This document shows, in pieces, positions 1 through 9,135 of a stretch of 18,728 bases of DNA. Both the position numbers and the translations under genes were made by a program. Numbering within the stretch: the stretch's first letter is position 1; every line of letters begins with the position of its first letter. Origin of the DNA: a virus (Duplodnaviria; Heunggongvirae; Uroviricota; Caudoviricetes). Below the pieces are notes generated by a model that was not told the DNA's origin, made no database searches, and saw only the letters and a list, made by a program, of their open reading frames with translations. The stretch lies in the IMG/VR virus record IMGVR_UViG_2654588181_000008, positions 1-18,728 of that record. One strand, 5' to 3'.

Positions 1-1053
1 TTACGGGGTAATGCCAACCGCTGCCGCCACTTTGTCGCCACTTGGCAGCGTTGCCAGAGGATTGAAACGAAGCGCCGTTTCCAGATGATCCGGTGCCAGA
101 TGTGCGTAACGCATAGTCATTTTTATATCGTGGTGTCCGAGAATTTTTTGTAAGGCCAGAATGTTTCCACCCGACATCATGAAGTGCGCCGCAAACGTAT
201 GGCGCAGAACGTGTGTGAGTTGACCGCGAGGGAGCACGATAGACGTTTTTTCCATCACGGATAAAAATTGAAAATAACAGTCTGTGAAGAAATTGAACCC
301 ATCAAGCGCCATGATCTCTTCGTAAAGCTCTTTACTGATAGGGATGCTTCTGTTTTTCTTCCCCTTCGTTCTTACAAAGGTAATTCGGTATTTGGTCACC
401 TGTGAGCGGGTAAGATTTACGGCTTCACGCCAGCGTGCGCCAGTGCTTAAGCATATCTTAACTACCAGTGCCAGAATTGGGTCCTGACGTTTACAATCAG
501 CCAGCAATTCAACAATCTGCTCATGGGTAAGCCATGCCATCTCTTTTTCTGCGATGGTGAATTTTCGCATGTTCTCCAGTGGGTTCGGATACGACCATTC
601 GCCCAGGCGGGATAGTTCGCTAAAAACACTACTAAGATAGCTTTGCTCCAGGTTAATAGTGACTGGGCTTGCTCCTTTTTTCCATTTCTCGCTGAAGTAG
701 ATCTCACCCGTCAGGCGTTTATCTCGATAGTGGGCAAACATTTTAGATGTGAGATCGGTTGCAAGGGGATTGCCCAGAGCGTCAACCATCAACAGCAATT
801 TGTCATAGACATGCTGCCCAGCGGTTAGAGATTTACCATGTAGTTTGAACCATAGCTCAACTACGTCTTTCAGTGTTCGACGATCCACTGATTCACCCAG
901 CCAGGGCTTTGCTTCGGTTTCTTCCATCGTGTGGCGCTCAAAAGCCAGAGCTTCGCCTTTGGTGGCGAATTGTTTACGCACACGACGCCCACTACGTCCG
1001 GCGGGGTAACATTCGCAAAGCCATTTCCCTGTGGTGAGTTTTCGTACTGCCAT
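1..1053 (-). CDS. int: Tyrosine recombinase / integrase, P2-186 family
   Basis: C-terminal catalytic region with HVLRHTFA..., GHHDIKMTMRYAHL (R..H..R..Y type motifs). N-terminus MAVRKLTTGKW...RSGRRVRKQFATKGEALAFE resembles the P2 Int N-terminus as I recall it. ATG at 1053 is preceded by GGAGGG; the ORF track extends to 1209 but the upstream ATGs lack a Shine-Dalgarno. Stop codon at 1-3. Confidence 0.85.
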   Translation of the reverse strand: MAVRKLTTGKWLCECYPAGRSGRRVRKQFATKGEALAFERHTMEETEAKPWLGESVDRRTLKDVVELWFKLHGKSLTAGQHVYDKLLLMVDALGNPLATDLTSKMFAHYRDKRLTGEIYFSEKWKKGASPVTINLEQSYLSSVFSELSRLGEWSYPNPLENMRKFTIAEKEMAWLTHEQIVELLADCKRQDPILALVVKICLSTGARWREAVNLTRSQVTKYRITFVRTKGKKNRSIPISKELYEEIMALDGFNFFTDCYFQFLSVMEKTSIVLPRGQLTHVLRHTFAAHFMMSGGNILALQKILGHHDIKMTMRYAHLAPDHLETALRFNPLATLPSGDKVAAAVGITP

Positions 1054-1241
1054 AAAAAATGCCCTCCAGTAGAGAGCATTTTTACTGTATGTATAACCAG
1101 TGTCAATGTATGAAATCCTACGACCATACATCTCACTGAAGCCATAATGAAGTTGGCTATTCTTTTTGCTATGTGAGCATGTAACTTTTGCGGTTAACCT
1201 GCGGCTCATTTTTATTTTAGACGCAGATATAAAAGCAAAAG

Positions 1242-1433
1242 TTATCGTGAGTTTTTAGTACAGATTTTTTTGGATTTACTAATAGTTCCATCATTGCAAA
1301 CGAATTTGCCATCTGAGGTACAGTGAGAAACACCTCCCTTTTTCCCTGAGCAGGGATAATTTCTAGCATAGGTAGTTAGTGGGTTTAATAACAAAGAACA
1401 TGACAAAACCACAAAAAATACCTTACCAAGCAT
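1242..1433 (-). CDS. Small Cys-rich protein with N-terminal signal-peptide-like segment, unknown function
   Basis: ATG at 1433 preceded by a strong GGGAGGAAA Shine-Dalgarno 5 nt upstream. Hydrophobic N-terminus [23 protein letters not shown] followed by about 40 residues with four Cys. Lies between cI and int on the same strand, in an AT-rich stretch. Confidence 0.5.
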   Translation of the reverse strand: MLGKVFFVVLSCSLLLNPLTTYARNYPCSGKKGGVSHCTSDGKFVCNDGTISKSKKICTKNSR

Positions 1434-1448
1434 AGTTTCCTCCCGGTA

Positions 1449-2105
1449 CTATTTAACATACTTGACTGTTAAACTTATAATTTTACCAATTATTTCAATG
1501 TCTTCTATCTTGCATTCGAAGGCTCTGTTTCCACCCTCGACGAAGATTCTTCCACCGGGTAAACGAGTAATGTCACGGATCGTTATTTCGCCATCAATAC
1601 TTATTACCCATTTACCATCACGTATATCATCAAATTCTTTATCACAAATAAATTCAGAATTGTTATCTGTGATGACAAAAGGTTTTTTAAACGTAGAGGG
1701 TAGAAATTCCTTATCAAAAATATAAAAACCGTCTTTCTGCAATGCTCCATCAGACAATAAATATTTTTCTACTTCTATAGTATTTGTATTTGCTGATGCT
1801 TGCTTTGAACCATGCCCTGTTGTTAGCCAATTAAGCGAGGTGCCCGTTTCAAGGGCGCACTGGATTACCCAATCTGCTGGAAAAATATCACGCATATAGC
1901 GCGTTGCCATGGTGCTCTTAGAAACACCTAAATGATCACAGAGAGCCTGACGGGTACCGAACCCATATGCTTCAACTAAACGTTCTATGGCTTTCTTACC
2001 GCCGCTATTGAAATCCACAAGTCCTCCAAAGAAATCCAAAATTCGTTGACAGATTCCAAAAGCGATCTTAAAGTTGAACCAGAAGTGTTCTTTTGGAGCC
2101 TTCAC
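1449..2105 (-). CDS. cI: Immunity repressor, 186 CI-like
   Basis: Position and orientation (between int and apl, leftward) plus a helix-turn-helix-like segment GTRQALCDHLGVSKSTMATRYMRD. The ORF-track start at 2105 is GTG; the true start may lie further inside. Confidence 0.6.
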   Translation of the reverse strand: MKAPKEHFWFNFKIAFGICQRILDFFGGLVDFNSGGKKAIERLVEAYGFGTRQALCDHLGVSKSTMATRYMRDIFPADWVIQCALETGTSLNWLTTGHGSKQASANTNTIEVEKYLLSDGALQKDGFYIFDKEFLPSTFKKPFVITDNNSEFICDKEFDDIRDGKWVISIDGEITIRDITRLPGGRIFVEGGNRAFECKIEDIEIIGKIISLTVKYVK

Positions 2106-2163
2106 TACTAATCACGACAAACAACGGCTCGCCACAAGCCATATCTAGAAGGAATGTTGCCTT
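2106..2163. promoter_or_regulatory. Lysis-lysogeny switch region between cI and apl (promoters and operators expected here)
   Basis: 58-bp gap between the leftward cI and rightward apl/cII operon; in 186-type phages the lytic and lysogenic promoters sit at this junction. No individual promoter hexamers are assigned with confidence. Confidence 0.35.
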
Positions 2164-2367
2164 ATGACACCTAACATTTCAATTACTCTGAATACACCAC
2201 ATGTCACAATCGAACGTTATAGCGAACTGACTGGCCTTTCTATTGATACGATTAACGACATGTTGGCTGATGGCCGACTACCTCGTCATCGTCTTCGTAA
2301 AGACAAAAAACGTGAAAAGGTAATGATTAACCTGGCTGCTCTGACTGTTGATGCTTTGTCTGCTTAA
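2164..2367 (+). CDS. apl: Apl/Cox-like small DNA-binding excisionase/regulator
   Basis: 67-aa ORF, first gene of the rightward operon directly before cII; AAGGAA upstream of ATG 2164; basic C-terminus [15 protein letters not shown]. Confidence 0.55.
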   Translation: MTPNISITLNTPHVTIERYSELTGLSIDTINDMLADGRLPRHRLRKDKKREKVMINLAALTVDALSA

Positions 2368-2431
2368 TAGACGTCTATTTTCGCAATAAGACGCTGAGTT
2401 CGATTTTGCGATAAGTTCGGAGTTGAAAACC

Positions 2432-2941
2432 ATGTTTGATTACCAAGTTTCCAAACATCCACATTTTGATGAAGCCTGTCGTGCATTCGCACTGCGCCAC
2501 AATCTGGTGCAACTGGCAGAACGTGCGGGCATGAATGTGCAGATTCTGCGGAACAAGCTGAACCCAGCTCAACCTCATTTATTAACCGCACCAGAAATCT
2601 GGCTGCTTACCGATCTGACTGAAGATTCAACGTTGGTAGATGGTTTTCTGGCACAGATTCACTGCCTGCCATGCGTACCAATTAATGAGGTGGCAAAAGA
2701 GAAACTGCCACATTACGTCATGAGTGCAACCGCAGAGATCGGGCGTGTTGCTGCAGGTGCGGTATCTGGCGATGTAAAAACCAGTGCAGGTCGTCGTGAT
2801 GCTATCAGCAGCATTAACTCTGTAACACGACTGATGGCGTTGGCTGCTGTTTCATTGCAGGCCCGTTTACAGGCTAACCCTGCGATGGCGAGTGCAGTTG
2901 ATACCGTGACTGGCCTCGGTGCTTCATTCGGTTTGCTGTGA
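2432..2941 (+). CDS. cII: CII-like lysogeny establishment activator (186 CII family)
   Basis: 169-aa product starting [45 protein letters not shown]..., which matches phage 186 CII as I recall it, including its length. ATG 2432 with GGAG 9 nt upstream; the track start at 2423 is TTG. Confidence 0.8.
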   Translation: MFDYQVSKHPHFDEACRAFALRHNLVQLAERAGMNVQILRNKLNPAQPHLLTAPEIWLLTDLTEDSTLVDGFLAQIHCLPCVPINEVAKEKLPHYVMSATAEIGRVAAGAVSGDVKTSAGRRDAISSINSVTRLMALAAVSLQARLQANPAMASAVDTVTGLGASFGLL

Positions 2942-2948
2942 GGTGCTT

Positions 2949-3245
2949 ATGCTGACGAAAGAACCATCATTTGCATCGCTGCTGGTAAAACAAAGCCCGG
3001 CAATGCACTACGGTCACGGCTGGATCACGGGTGAGGATGGAAAACGCTGGCATCCATGTCATTCACAAGATGAATTGCTGTCTGAATTGACCACGAGGAA
3101 ACGGAGAAAGTCCAAATGTATGCGGCAGAAAGTGAAGTGGTTTATCAGTTTCGTTACAGAGGGGAGAGTTATTCAGTACCTGAAGATGATTTGCTCTGTT
3201 GCTATCCGTCATTGTCGGGCGATGGCAGTTACTTTTTCGCGTTAA
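2949..3245 (+). CDS. Hypothetical early protein
   Basis: ATG 2949 with GAGGTG upstream; product MLTKEPSFASLLVKQSPAMHYGHGWITGEDGKRWHPC.... Overlaps the next ORF by 130 nt in another frame, so the end is uncertain. Confidence 0.4.
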   Translation: MLTKEPSFASLLVKQSPAMHYGHGWITGEDGKRWHPCHSQDELLSELTTRKRRKSKCMRQKVKWFISFVTEGRVIQYLKMICSVAIRHCRAMAVTFSR

Positions 3246-3340
3246 AGGATGGGACGTTTTTACGGGGAGAGCAGGTTAAAGAGACGATACGAAAAAATGT
3301 ATCTCCTCTTGAGCGTTACCGTAAGAACAAAGAACGATAG
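3116..3340 (+). CDS. Hypothetical early protein
   Basis: ATG 3116 with GGAGAAAG Shine-Dalgarno 6 nt upstream; 74 aa. Confidence 0.45.
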   Translation: MYAAESEVVYQFRYRGESYSVPEDDLLCCYPSLSGDGSYFFALKDGTFLRGEQVKETIRKNVSPLERYRKNKER

Positions 3341-3362
3341 CTGCGTTTGGGGGATATGAAGT

Positions 3363-3704
3363 ATGGCAATTAATGGCGCTGCAGCAACTGTTCCATTAAG
3401 CCCCGGTGAACGCCTGAATGGACTTAATCACATTGCGGAGTTAAGGGCGAAAGTATTTGGCCTGAATATTGAGTCAGAGCTTGAGCGGTTTATTAAAGAT
3501 ATGCGTGATCCACGGGATATCAATAACGAACAGAATAAACGAGCACTGGCTGCCATATTCTTTATGGCAAAAATTCCAGCTGAACGTCATAGCATCAGCA
3601 TTAATGAGCTGACCACTGACGAAAAGCGGGAGTTGATTAAAGCAATGAATCATTTTCGTGCAGTGGTGAGCTTATTTCCCAGACGGCTAACCATGCCGAA
3701 TTAA
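3363..3704 (+). CDS. Hypothetical early protein
   Basis: 113-aa ORF in the early operon, ATG 3363 preceded by a G-rich stretch. Confidence 0.55.
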   Translation: MAINGAAATVPLSPGERLNGLNHIAELRAKVFGLNIESELERFIKDMRDPRDINNEQNKRALAAIFFMAKIPAERHSISINELTTDEKRELIKAMNHFRAVVSLFPRRLTMPN

Positions 3705-3771
3705 CCAACTAATGAAATTAATGGCGTAAACCCGCCGGGTATCCCTTTATCTAAATTCAGGAGAATTGATT

Positions 3772-4005
3772 ATGCGTAATATTGAAACCCTCAAGACTAA
3801 AACCGGACCGGATGATGCAGGGCTTAATATTTTACTGACAGAGGCTCGTCTGGAAGAACGCCGGGCAAGGGCTGAAGCAATGGCAGCTCGCCTTGATAGC
3901 CTGGCGTGTCATATCACATCCCGCCAGCTAAACCACGTCGAAGCAGCAGAACTACTGCGTGTAACTGCTGAAGCAATCCAGAACGAAGCGCAGGAGATCC
4001 ACTAA
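3772..4005 (+). CDS. Hypothetical early protein
   Basis: ATG 3772 with AGGAG 8 nt upstream (track start 3766 is TTG); 77 aa; its stop overlaps the next start as TAATG. Confidence 0.55.
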   Translation: MRNIETLKTKTGPDDAGLNILLTEARLEERRARAEAMAARLDSLACHITSRQLNHVEAAELLRVTAEAIQNEAQEIH

Positions 4006-4232
4006 TGGCTGATGCAATGGATCTCGTACAGCAGCGCGTTGAAGAAGAACGCCAGCGCCATATCCGTGCTGCCCGTGCCAAAACGCCGGGCGTGTCCCGC
4101 GTGCTTTGCATTGAGTGTGAAGCGCCAATTCCGCCAGCACGCCGCCGCGCCATTCCAGGTGTGCAGCTTTGCATTACCTGTCAGGAAATCGCAGAGCTGA
4201 AAGGCAAACATTACAACGGAGGTGCTGTATGA
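4005..4232 (+). CDS. TraR/DksA-family C4 zinc-finger protein
   Basis: CIECEAPIP...CITCQE gives a CxxC-x17-CxxC arrangement typical of TraR/DksA-like phage proteins; ATG 4005 with AGGAG upstream. Confidence 0.65.
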   Translation: MADAMDLVQQRVEEERQRHIRAARAKTPGVSRVLCIECEAPIPPARRRAIPGVQLCITCQEIAELKGKHYNGGAV

Positions 4233-5086
4233 GCACCATCCTGAAATGGGCGGGAAATAAAACCGCCGTAATGTCCGAACTGAAAAAACATCTTCCAGCT
4301 GGCCCGCGACTGGTTGAACCTTTCGCGGGTTCCTGTGCTGTGATGATGGAGACGGATTATCCCAGCTATCTGGTTGCGGATATTAATCCTGATTTAATCA
4401 ACCTCTATAAAAAGGTTGCCGCTGATTGTGAATCGTTTATATCTCGCGCCAGAGTTTTATTTAAGGAAGCAAACAGGGAGGTGGCTTATTACAACATAAG
4501 GCAGGAGTTTAATTACTCAACTGAAATTACTGATTTCATGAAAGCGGTATATTTCCTGTATCTCAATCGTCACGGTTACCGTGGGTTATGTCGCTATAAC
4601 AAGAGCGGGCATTTCAACATTCCCTACGGTAATTATAAAAATCCGTATTTCCCTGAAAAAGAAATTCGCGCATTTGCAGAGAAAGCCCAACGAGCAACGT
4701 TTATCTGCGCCAGCTTTGATGAAACGCTGGCGATGTTGAAGGCGGGGGATGTGGTGTATTGCGATCCGCCGTATGACGGTACGTTTTCCAGCTATCACAC
4801 TGATGGTTTCACTGAAGATGACCAGTATCACCTGGCATCCGTTCTTGAACATCGGTCATCAGAAGGACATCCGGTCATTGTTTCTAACAGTGACACATCC
4901 CTGATCCGTTCGCTGTATCGCAATTTTACTCACCACTACATCAAGGCAAAACGCAGCATCGGCGTAGCAGCTGGTGAGAGTAAATCTGCAACAGAAATCA
5001 TCGCTGTTTCTGGGGCGCGCTGCTGGGTGGGATTTGATCCTTCGCGTGGCGTGGATAGTTCTGCCGTGTACGGAGTGCGTGCATGA
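4229..5086 (+). CDS. dam: DNA adenine methyltransferase, Dam (GATC) family
   Basis: [35 protein letters not shown] and VVYCDPPY motifs, near-colinear with E. coli Dam as I recall it. ATG 4229 with GGAGG upstream and ATGA overlap with the preceding ORF; the track start at 4169 is an upstream extension. Confidence 0.9.
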   Translation: MSTILKWAGNKTAVMSELKKHLPAGPRLVEPFAGSCAVMMETDYPSYLVADINPDLINLYKKVAADCESFISRARVLFKEANREVAYYNIRQEFNYSTEITDFMKAVYFLYLNRHGYRGLCRYNKSGHFNIPYGNYKNPYFPEKEIRAFAEKAQRATFICASFDETLAMLKAGDVVYCDPPYDGTFSSYHTDGFTEDDQYHLASVLEHRSSEGHPVIVSNSDTSLIRSLYRNFTHHYIKAKRSIGVAAGESKSATEIIAVSGARCWVGFDPSRGVDSSAVYGVRA

Positions 5087-7497
5087 GCCATGCTGATATG
5101 AACAACTGCAGCGGCTTTAACGAGGCCGCCGCAGCATTCTCATGGAACAGCCCGAAAAAGGCGATTAACCCTTATCTGGACCCGGCGGAAGTTGCGCCGG
5201 TTTCTGCGCTTTCAAACCTGATCACTCTGTACGCTGCCGATAACAAGCAGGAACAACTGCGCCGCGAGGCACTGAGTGATCAGGTCTGGGAGCGTTATTT
5301 CTTTAATGAATCCCGTGATCCTGTCCAGCGCGAAATGGAGCAGGATAAGCTCATTAGCCGGGCAAAGCTGGTGCATGAGCAGCAGCGTTTTAATCCGGAC
5401 ATGGTCATACTGGCGGACGTTAACGCCCAGCCTTCCCATATCAGCAAGCCGCTGATGCAACGTATTGAATACTTCAGCAGCCTGGGCAGGCCAAAGGCTT
5501 ATTCCCGCTATTTGCGTGAGACGATTAAACCATGTCTGGAACGACTGGAGCATGTACGCGACAGCCAGCTATCTGCATCTTTTCGTTTTATGGCAAGCCA
5601 TGAAGGGCTGGACGGCCTGCTGATCTTGCCTGAAATGAGTCAGGATCAGGTGAAGCGCCTGTCTACCCTTGTTGCCGCGCATATGAGCATGTGCCTTGAT
5701 GCAGCTTGTGGTGATTTGTATGCCACCGATGACGTTAAGCCAGAAGAAATCCGCAAGACATGGGAAAGGGTGGCGGCGGAAACCCTGCGTCTGGATGTCA
5801 TCCCTCCTGCGTTTGAGCAACTCCGCCGGAAAAGAAACCGCCGTAAACCCGTACCCTATGAACTCATTCCGGGTTCGCTGGCGCGTATGTTGTGCGCCGA
5901 CTGGTGGTATCGGAAATTATGGAAGATGCGTTGCGAATGGCGGGAAGAGCAGTTGCGTGCTGTTTGCCTGGTCAGCAAAAAAGCATCTCCCTATGTCAGC
6001 TATGAAGCCGTGATGCATAAACGTGAGCAGCGCCGTAAGTCGCTGGAGTTTTTCCGTTCTCATGAACTGGTGAACGAAGACGGCGACACGCTGGATATGG
6101 AGGACGTGGTAAACGCCAGTAGTAGCAACCCGGCGCATCGCCGCAATGAGATGATGGCATGTGTTAAAGGTCTGGAGCTTATCGCGGAAATGCGCGGTGA
6201 CTGCGCCGTTTTCTACACCATCACCTGTCCGTCACGTTTCCATTCCACGCTAAATAACGGCAGGCCCAACCCGACTTGGACAAATGCGACGGTAAGACAA
6301 AGCAGTGATTATCTGGTCGGCATGTTTGCTGCATTTCGTAAGGCGATGTACAAAGCCGGATTGCGCTGGTATGGCGTGCGGGTGGCTGAGCCGCATCATG
6401 ACGGTACAGTTCACTGGCACCTGTTGTGTTTTATGCGCAAAAAAGATCGCCGCGCCATTACTGCTTTGTTGCGTAAGTTTGCCATTCGTGAAGACCGCGA
6501 GGAGCTGGGTAATAACACAGGACCACGCTTTAAGTCTGAGCTGATAAACCCGCGCAAAGGTACACCAACAAGCTACATCGCGAAATACATCAGTAAGAAC
6601 ATTGACGGGTGTGGTCTGGCTGGCGAGATCAGCAAGGAAACGGGTAAATCTCTGCGTGATAACGCTGAATACGTTAATGCCTGGGCGTCTCTGCATCGTG
6701 TTCAGCAATTCCGCTTCTTTGGCATTCCGGGGCGTCAGGCTTACCGTGAACTGCGATTGCTGGCTGGTCAGGCGGCAAGGCAACAGGGTGACAAAAAAGC
6801 AGGTGCGCCGGTACTGGATAACCCGCGCCTTGATGCCATTCTGGCTGCAGCTGATGCTGGTTGCTTTGCCACCTACATCATGAAGCAGGGCGGCGTACTG
6901 GTTCCCCGTAAATATCACCTCATCAGAACCGCTTATGAAATCAACGAAGAGCCGACCGCCTATGGCGATCACGGTATTCGTATTTATGGCATCTGGTCAC
7001 CCATTGCAGAGGGCAAGATCTGCACTCATGCAGTGAAGTGGAAAATGATCCGTAAAGCCGTTGACGTTCAGGAGGCGGCAGCCGACCAGGGCGCTTGCGC
7101 CCCTTGGACTCGTGGCAATAACTGTCCCCTTGCTGAAAATTTGAACCAACAAGGGAAAGACAAATCAGCTGATGGGGACTCCATAACGGATATTACCCGT
7201 ATGAATGACAAGGAGTTGCACGATTACCTGCACAGTATGAGCAAAAAAGAGCGCCGGGAACTGGCTGCAAGGTTACGCCAGGTGAAACCGAAACGGCGTA
7301 AAGACTACAAACAGCGAATTACAGACCATCAGCGACAGCAGCTCGTCTATGAGCTGAAGTCCAGGGGATTTGATGGCAGCGAGAAAGAAGTCGATTTGCT
7401 CCTTCGCGGCGGCAGTATTCCGTCAGGAGCAGGCCTGCGTATCTTCTATCGGAACCAGCGTCTGAAGGAAGATGATAAGTGGCGGAACCTGTATTAA
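5083..7497 (+). CDS. A: Replication initiation protein A (rolling-circle endonuclease, P2 gpA family)
   Basis: 804-aa ORF containing [17 protein letters not shown] and a catalytic-tyrosine region typical of P2 gpA-like proteins; ATGA overlap with dam at 5083-5086. Confidence 0.9.
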   Translation: MSHADMNNCSGFNEAAAAFSWNSPKKAINPYLDPAEVAPVSALSNLITLYAADNKQEQLRREALSDQVWERYFFNESRDPVQREMEQDKLISRAKLVHEQQRFNPDMVILADVNAQPSHISKPLMQRIEYFSSLGRPKAYSRYLRETIKPCLERLEHVRDSQLSASFRFMASHEGLDGLLILPEMSQDQVKRLSTLVAAHMSMCLDAACGDLYATDDVKPEEIRKTWERVAAETLRLDVIPPAFEQLRRKRNRRKPVPYELIPGSLARMLCADWWYRKLWKMRCEWREEQLRAVCLVSKKASPYVSYEAVMHKREQRRKSLEFFRSHELVNEDGDTLDMEDVVNASSSNPAHRRNEMMACVKGLELIAEMRGDCAVFYTITCPSRFHSTLNNGRPNPTWTNATVRQSSDYLVGMFAAFRKAMYKAGLRWYGVRVAEPHHDGTVHWHLLCFMRKKDRRAITALLRKFAIREDREELGNNTGPRFKSELINPRKGTPTSYIAKYISKNIDGCGLAGEISKETGKSLRDNAEYVNAWASLHRVQQFRFFGIPGRQAYRELRLLAGQAARQQGDKKAGAPVLDNPRLDAILAAADAGCFATYIMKQGGVLVPRKYHLIRTAYEINEEPTAYGDHGIRIYGIWSPIAEGKICTHAVKWKMIRKAVDVQEAAADQGACAPWTRGNNCPLAENLNQQGKDKSADGDSITDITRMNDKELHDYLHSMSKKERRELAARLRQVKPKRRKDYKQRITDHQRQQLVYELKSRGFDGSEKEVDLLLRGGSIPSGAGLRIFYRNQRLKEDDKWRNLY

Positions 7498-7566
7498 TTA
7501 CGCGGGTTAACAATTCGTGCTCTTAATAATGCCAGGCATATCAGGCCGATGAACGTAAAAAAACGT

Positions 7567-7609
7567 TTTACATCAGTAAGATTATTATATACTGTAAATA
7601 TAAACAGTA
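7567..7609 (+). promoter_or_regulatory. SOS-regulated promoter: sigma70-like -35 TTTACA (7567-7572) with a LexA box TACTGTAAATATAAACAGTA (7590-7609) over the -10 region
   Basis: Perfect CTGT-N8-ACAG dyad with an AT-rich spacer, 40 bp upstream of a strong AGGAGG ribosome-binding site and ATG 7650. Confidence 0.7.
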
Positions 7610-7649
7610 GTTATGCATACAGTATTGTTTTGGTGTCATAGGAGGAAAG

Positions 7650-7838
7650 ATGCAGGACTATTTTTTGGAGTCTTTGAAGCTCCAGCGCATTGATTTTTTT
7701 CTTAAGCTTGTAGCGGCTAGTGAGTGTAGTGATGAAGAGAAGGGGCTGGCTCTGCAGTGGGTTTCTGAACTGACAGATGAACTCATGGCAAAAATCAGAA
7801 GCCACGAATACAACCGCTCAATGGATGTCATCAGCTGA
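7650..7838 (+). CDS. SOS-controlled small protein, possibly the N-terminal part of a Tum-like antirepressor
   Basis: AGGAGG 4 nt upstream of ATG 7650; 62 aa; directly downstream of the LexA box and 10 nt before the DinI-like gene. Confidence 0.55.
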   Translation: MQDYFLESLKLQRIDFFLKLVAASECSDEEKGLALQWVSELTDELMAKIRSHEYNRSMDVIS

Positions 7839-7848
7839 GGTGACTTTT

Positions 7849-8082
7849 ATGCGCATTGAAATAATGATCGATAAAGAGCAGAAGATTAGCCAGTCTACCC
7901 TGGACGCCCTTGAATCCGAGCTTTACCGCAATCTGCGCCCCCTGTATCCCAAAACGGTAATTCGCATTCGCAAAGGTAGCTCTAACGGTGTGGAACTAAC
8001 CGGACTGCAACTGGATGAAGAAAGAAAACAAGTGATGAAAATTATGCAGAAGGTGTGGGAGGACGACAGCTGGCTGCATTAA
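7849..8082 (+). CDS. DinI-like protein (DinI/MsgA family)
   Basis: MRIEIMIDKEQKISQSTLDALESELYRNL...QKVWEDDSWLH aligns by eye with E. coli DinI (MRIEVTIAK...DALAGELSRR...QETWESADDW). GAGGTG upstream of ATG 7849. Confidence 0.8.
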   Translation: MRIEIMIDKEQKISQSTLDALESELYRNLRPLYPKTVIRIRKGSSNGVELTGLQLDEERKQVMKIMQKVWEDDSWLH

Positions 8083-8090
8083 GAAACGTT

Positions 8091-8126
8091 GCCCCCAGGA
8101 GGATTCATTCTGATGGGGGCTAGTTT
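8091..8126 (+). terminator. Putative hairpin terminator after the DinI-like gene
   Basis: GCCCCCA (8091-8097) and TGGGGGC (8114-8120) form a 7-bp GC stem with a 16-nt loop, followed by TAGTTT; the T tract is weak. Confidence 0.3.
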
Positions 8127-8488
8127 GGGTAACGAGTGAAACGAGGCGTAAGGTGGGCGGCCATTTTGATAAGTGATTGTACGATTTGTGTTGTGAGTTC
8201 AACGGGTCGATGCAACGCTATCCTTAATCAAGGGCACGTTGCTCATACCCATCGATGCAATGAAAATCCATACTCATGGGGAAGACCAGAATGTCCCTGC
8301 CTTTTTCATTTTGTTCAGCACATGCACTATGGCCATTGCCTTCCCAAGCTAGCTATCGTAATCACTCAGCGTCAGTAAACTACTGAAAAATTGTTTTACC
8401 TTGTATATCAATAATGCCAAATCATACCCAAAAAATAGAAAATAATTAGATCGACAGGCAGAAGGCAATGTGAATAATCTTAAAAACC

Positions 8489-8518
8489 TTGACTGCCAGT
8501 GAGGTTTGGTTCTATAAA
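8489..8518 (+). promoter_or_regulatory. Putative sigma70 promoter for darTG (TTGACT-N18-TATAAA)
   Basis: TTGACT at 8489-8494 and TATAAA at 8513-8518, about 30 nt upstream of the darT start. Confidence 0.4.
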
Positions 8519-8549
8519 TAGACTTACGACTTTGAAAGGATGAGTTGAA

Positions 8550-9131
8550 ATGAGCGAAAGGAAAAGAATTGAAGATCAGTATCTTCTCTATCATTTAACA
8601 TGTATGGATAATCTACCTAGTATTTTAGACACAGGATTAAGATCTCGTGCATCAGTAAAAGGTGAGTTTGTTGATGTGGCCGACGGTGAAATAATAACAG
8701 GACGCGAAGCATTAAATTTGCAAACAATGGTTCCTTTTCATTTCTTTACTAAGAATCCATTTGATGGAAGAGTCCTGAAAGATCATAAGGAAAAATCATT
8801 TTGTATTATTTCGGTTTGTCGGGCATTTGCCAAAGAAAATGGTTGGAAAGTTATCCCTAAACATCCATTATCCACCAGTTCTGTTATAGACCTCTTAGAT
8901 TATGAACAAGGAATGGCCCAAATTGACTGGGAGCTTATGAATATAAGGGATTATAAAAATGCAGAATGCAAATCTGTATGTATGGCTGAGTGTTTATCAA
9001 GTGTAACGGTCGAGCCGAAAAATTTCCATTGCATCTTTGTCAAAAATGATAACGAAAAAAAATATGTTGAAAGGTTGATAAAACAACAAGGATTAAGTAT
9101 ATTGATAACGATCAACACTTATATGTTCTAA
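8550..9131 (+). CDS. darT: DarT-like ssDNA ADP-ribosyltransferase toxin (DUF4433 family)
   Basis: N-terminal LLYHLTCMDNLPSILDTGLRS matches the DarT/DUF4433 signature (LYHxTh..NL.SIL..GL) as I recall it; a C-terminal AECL segment is a candidate for the catalytic glutamate. 193 aa, AT-rich, directly followed by a macrodomain gene. Confidence 0.8.
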   Translation: MSERKRIEDQYLLYHLTCMDNLPSILDTGLRSRASVKGEFVDVADGEIITGREALNLQTMVPFHFFTKNPFDGRVLKDHKEKSFCIISVCRAFAKENGWKVIPKHPLSTSSVIDLLDYEQGMAQIDWELMNIRDYKNAECKSVCMAECLSSVTVEPKNFHCIFVKNDNEKKYVERLIKQQGLSILITINTYMF

Positions 9132-9135
9132 TTCT

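Noticed and set aside
462-1145. Four short ORFs (462-707, 643-828, 870-1145, 931-1113) overlapping the integrase gene on either strand
   Set aside because: They lie wholly inside the confidently assigned integrase reading frame, lack ribosome-binding sites and have no recognisable features; treated as frame artefacts.
1054-1209. Upstream extension of the integrase ORF to ATG 1209 or 1131
   Set aside because: The product from ATG 1053 begins like P2-family integrases and carries a GGAGGG Shine-Dalgarno; the upstream ATGs have none. The extension is probably untranslated leader.
3914-4211. Overlapping minus- and plus-strand ORFs in the 3914-4211 region
   Set aside because: They overlap the coupled early genes at 3772-4232, which have proper ribosome-binding sites; no independent support.
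5212-6972. Antisense ORFs inside gene A, including a 240-aa ORF at 6250-6972
   Set aside because: Gene A shows strong family motifs in the forward frame; long antisense ORFs are common in GC-balanced coding sequence and these have no start context or features.
8136-8594. ORFs 8136-8378 (+) and 8349-8594 (-) in the spacer before darT
   Set aside because: The first starts at GTG with no ribosome-binding site; the second runs antisense through the darT promoter and start. Neither has recognisable protein features.
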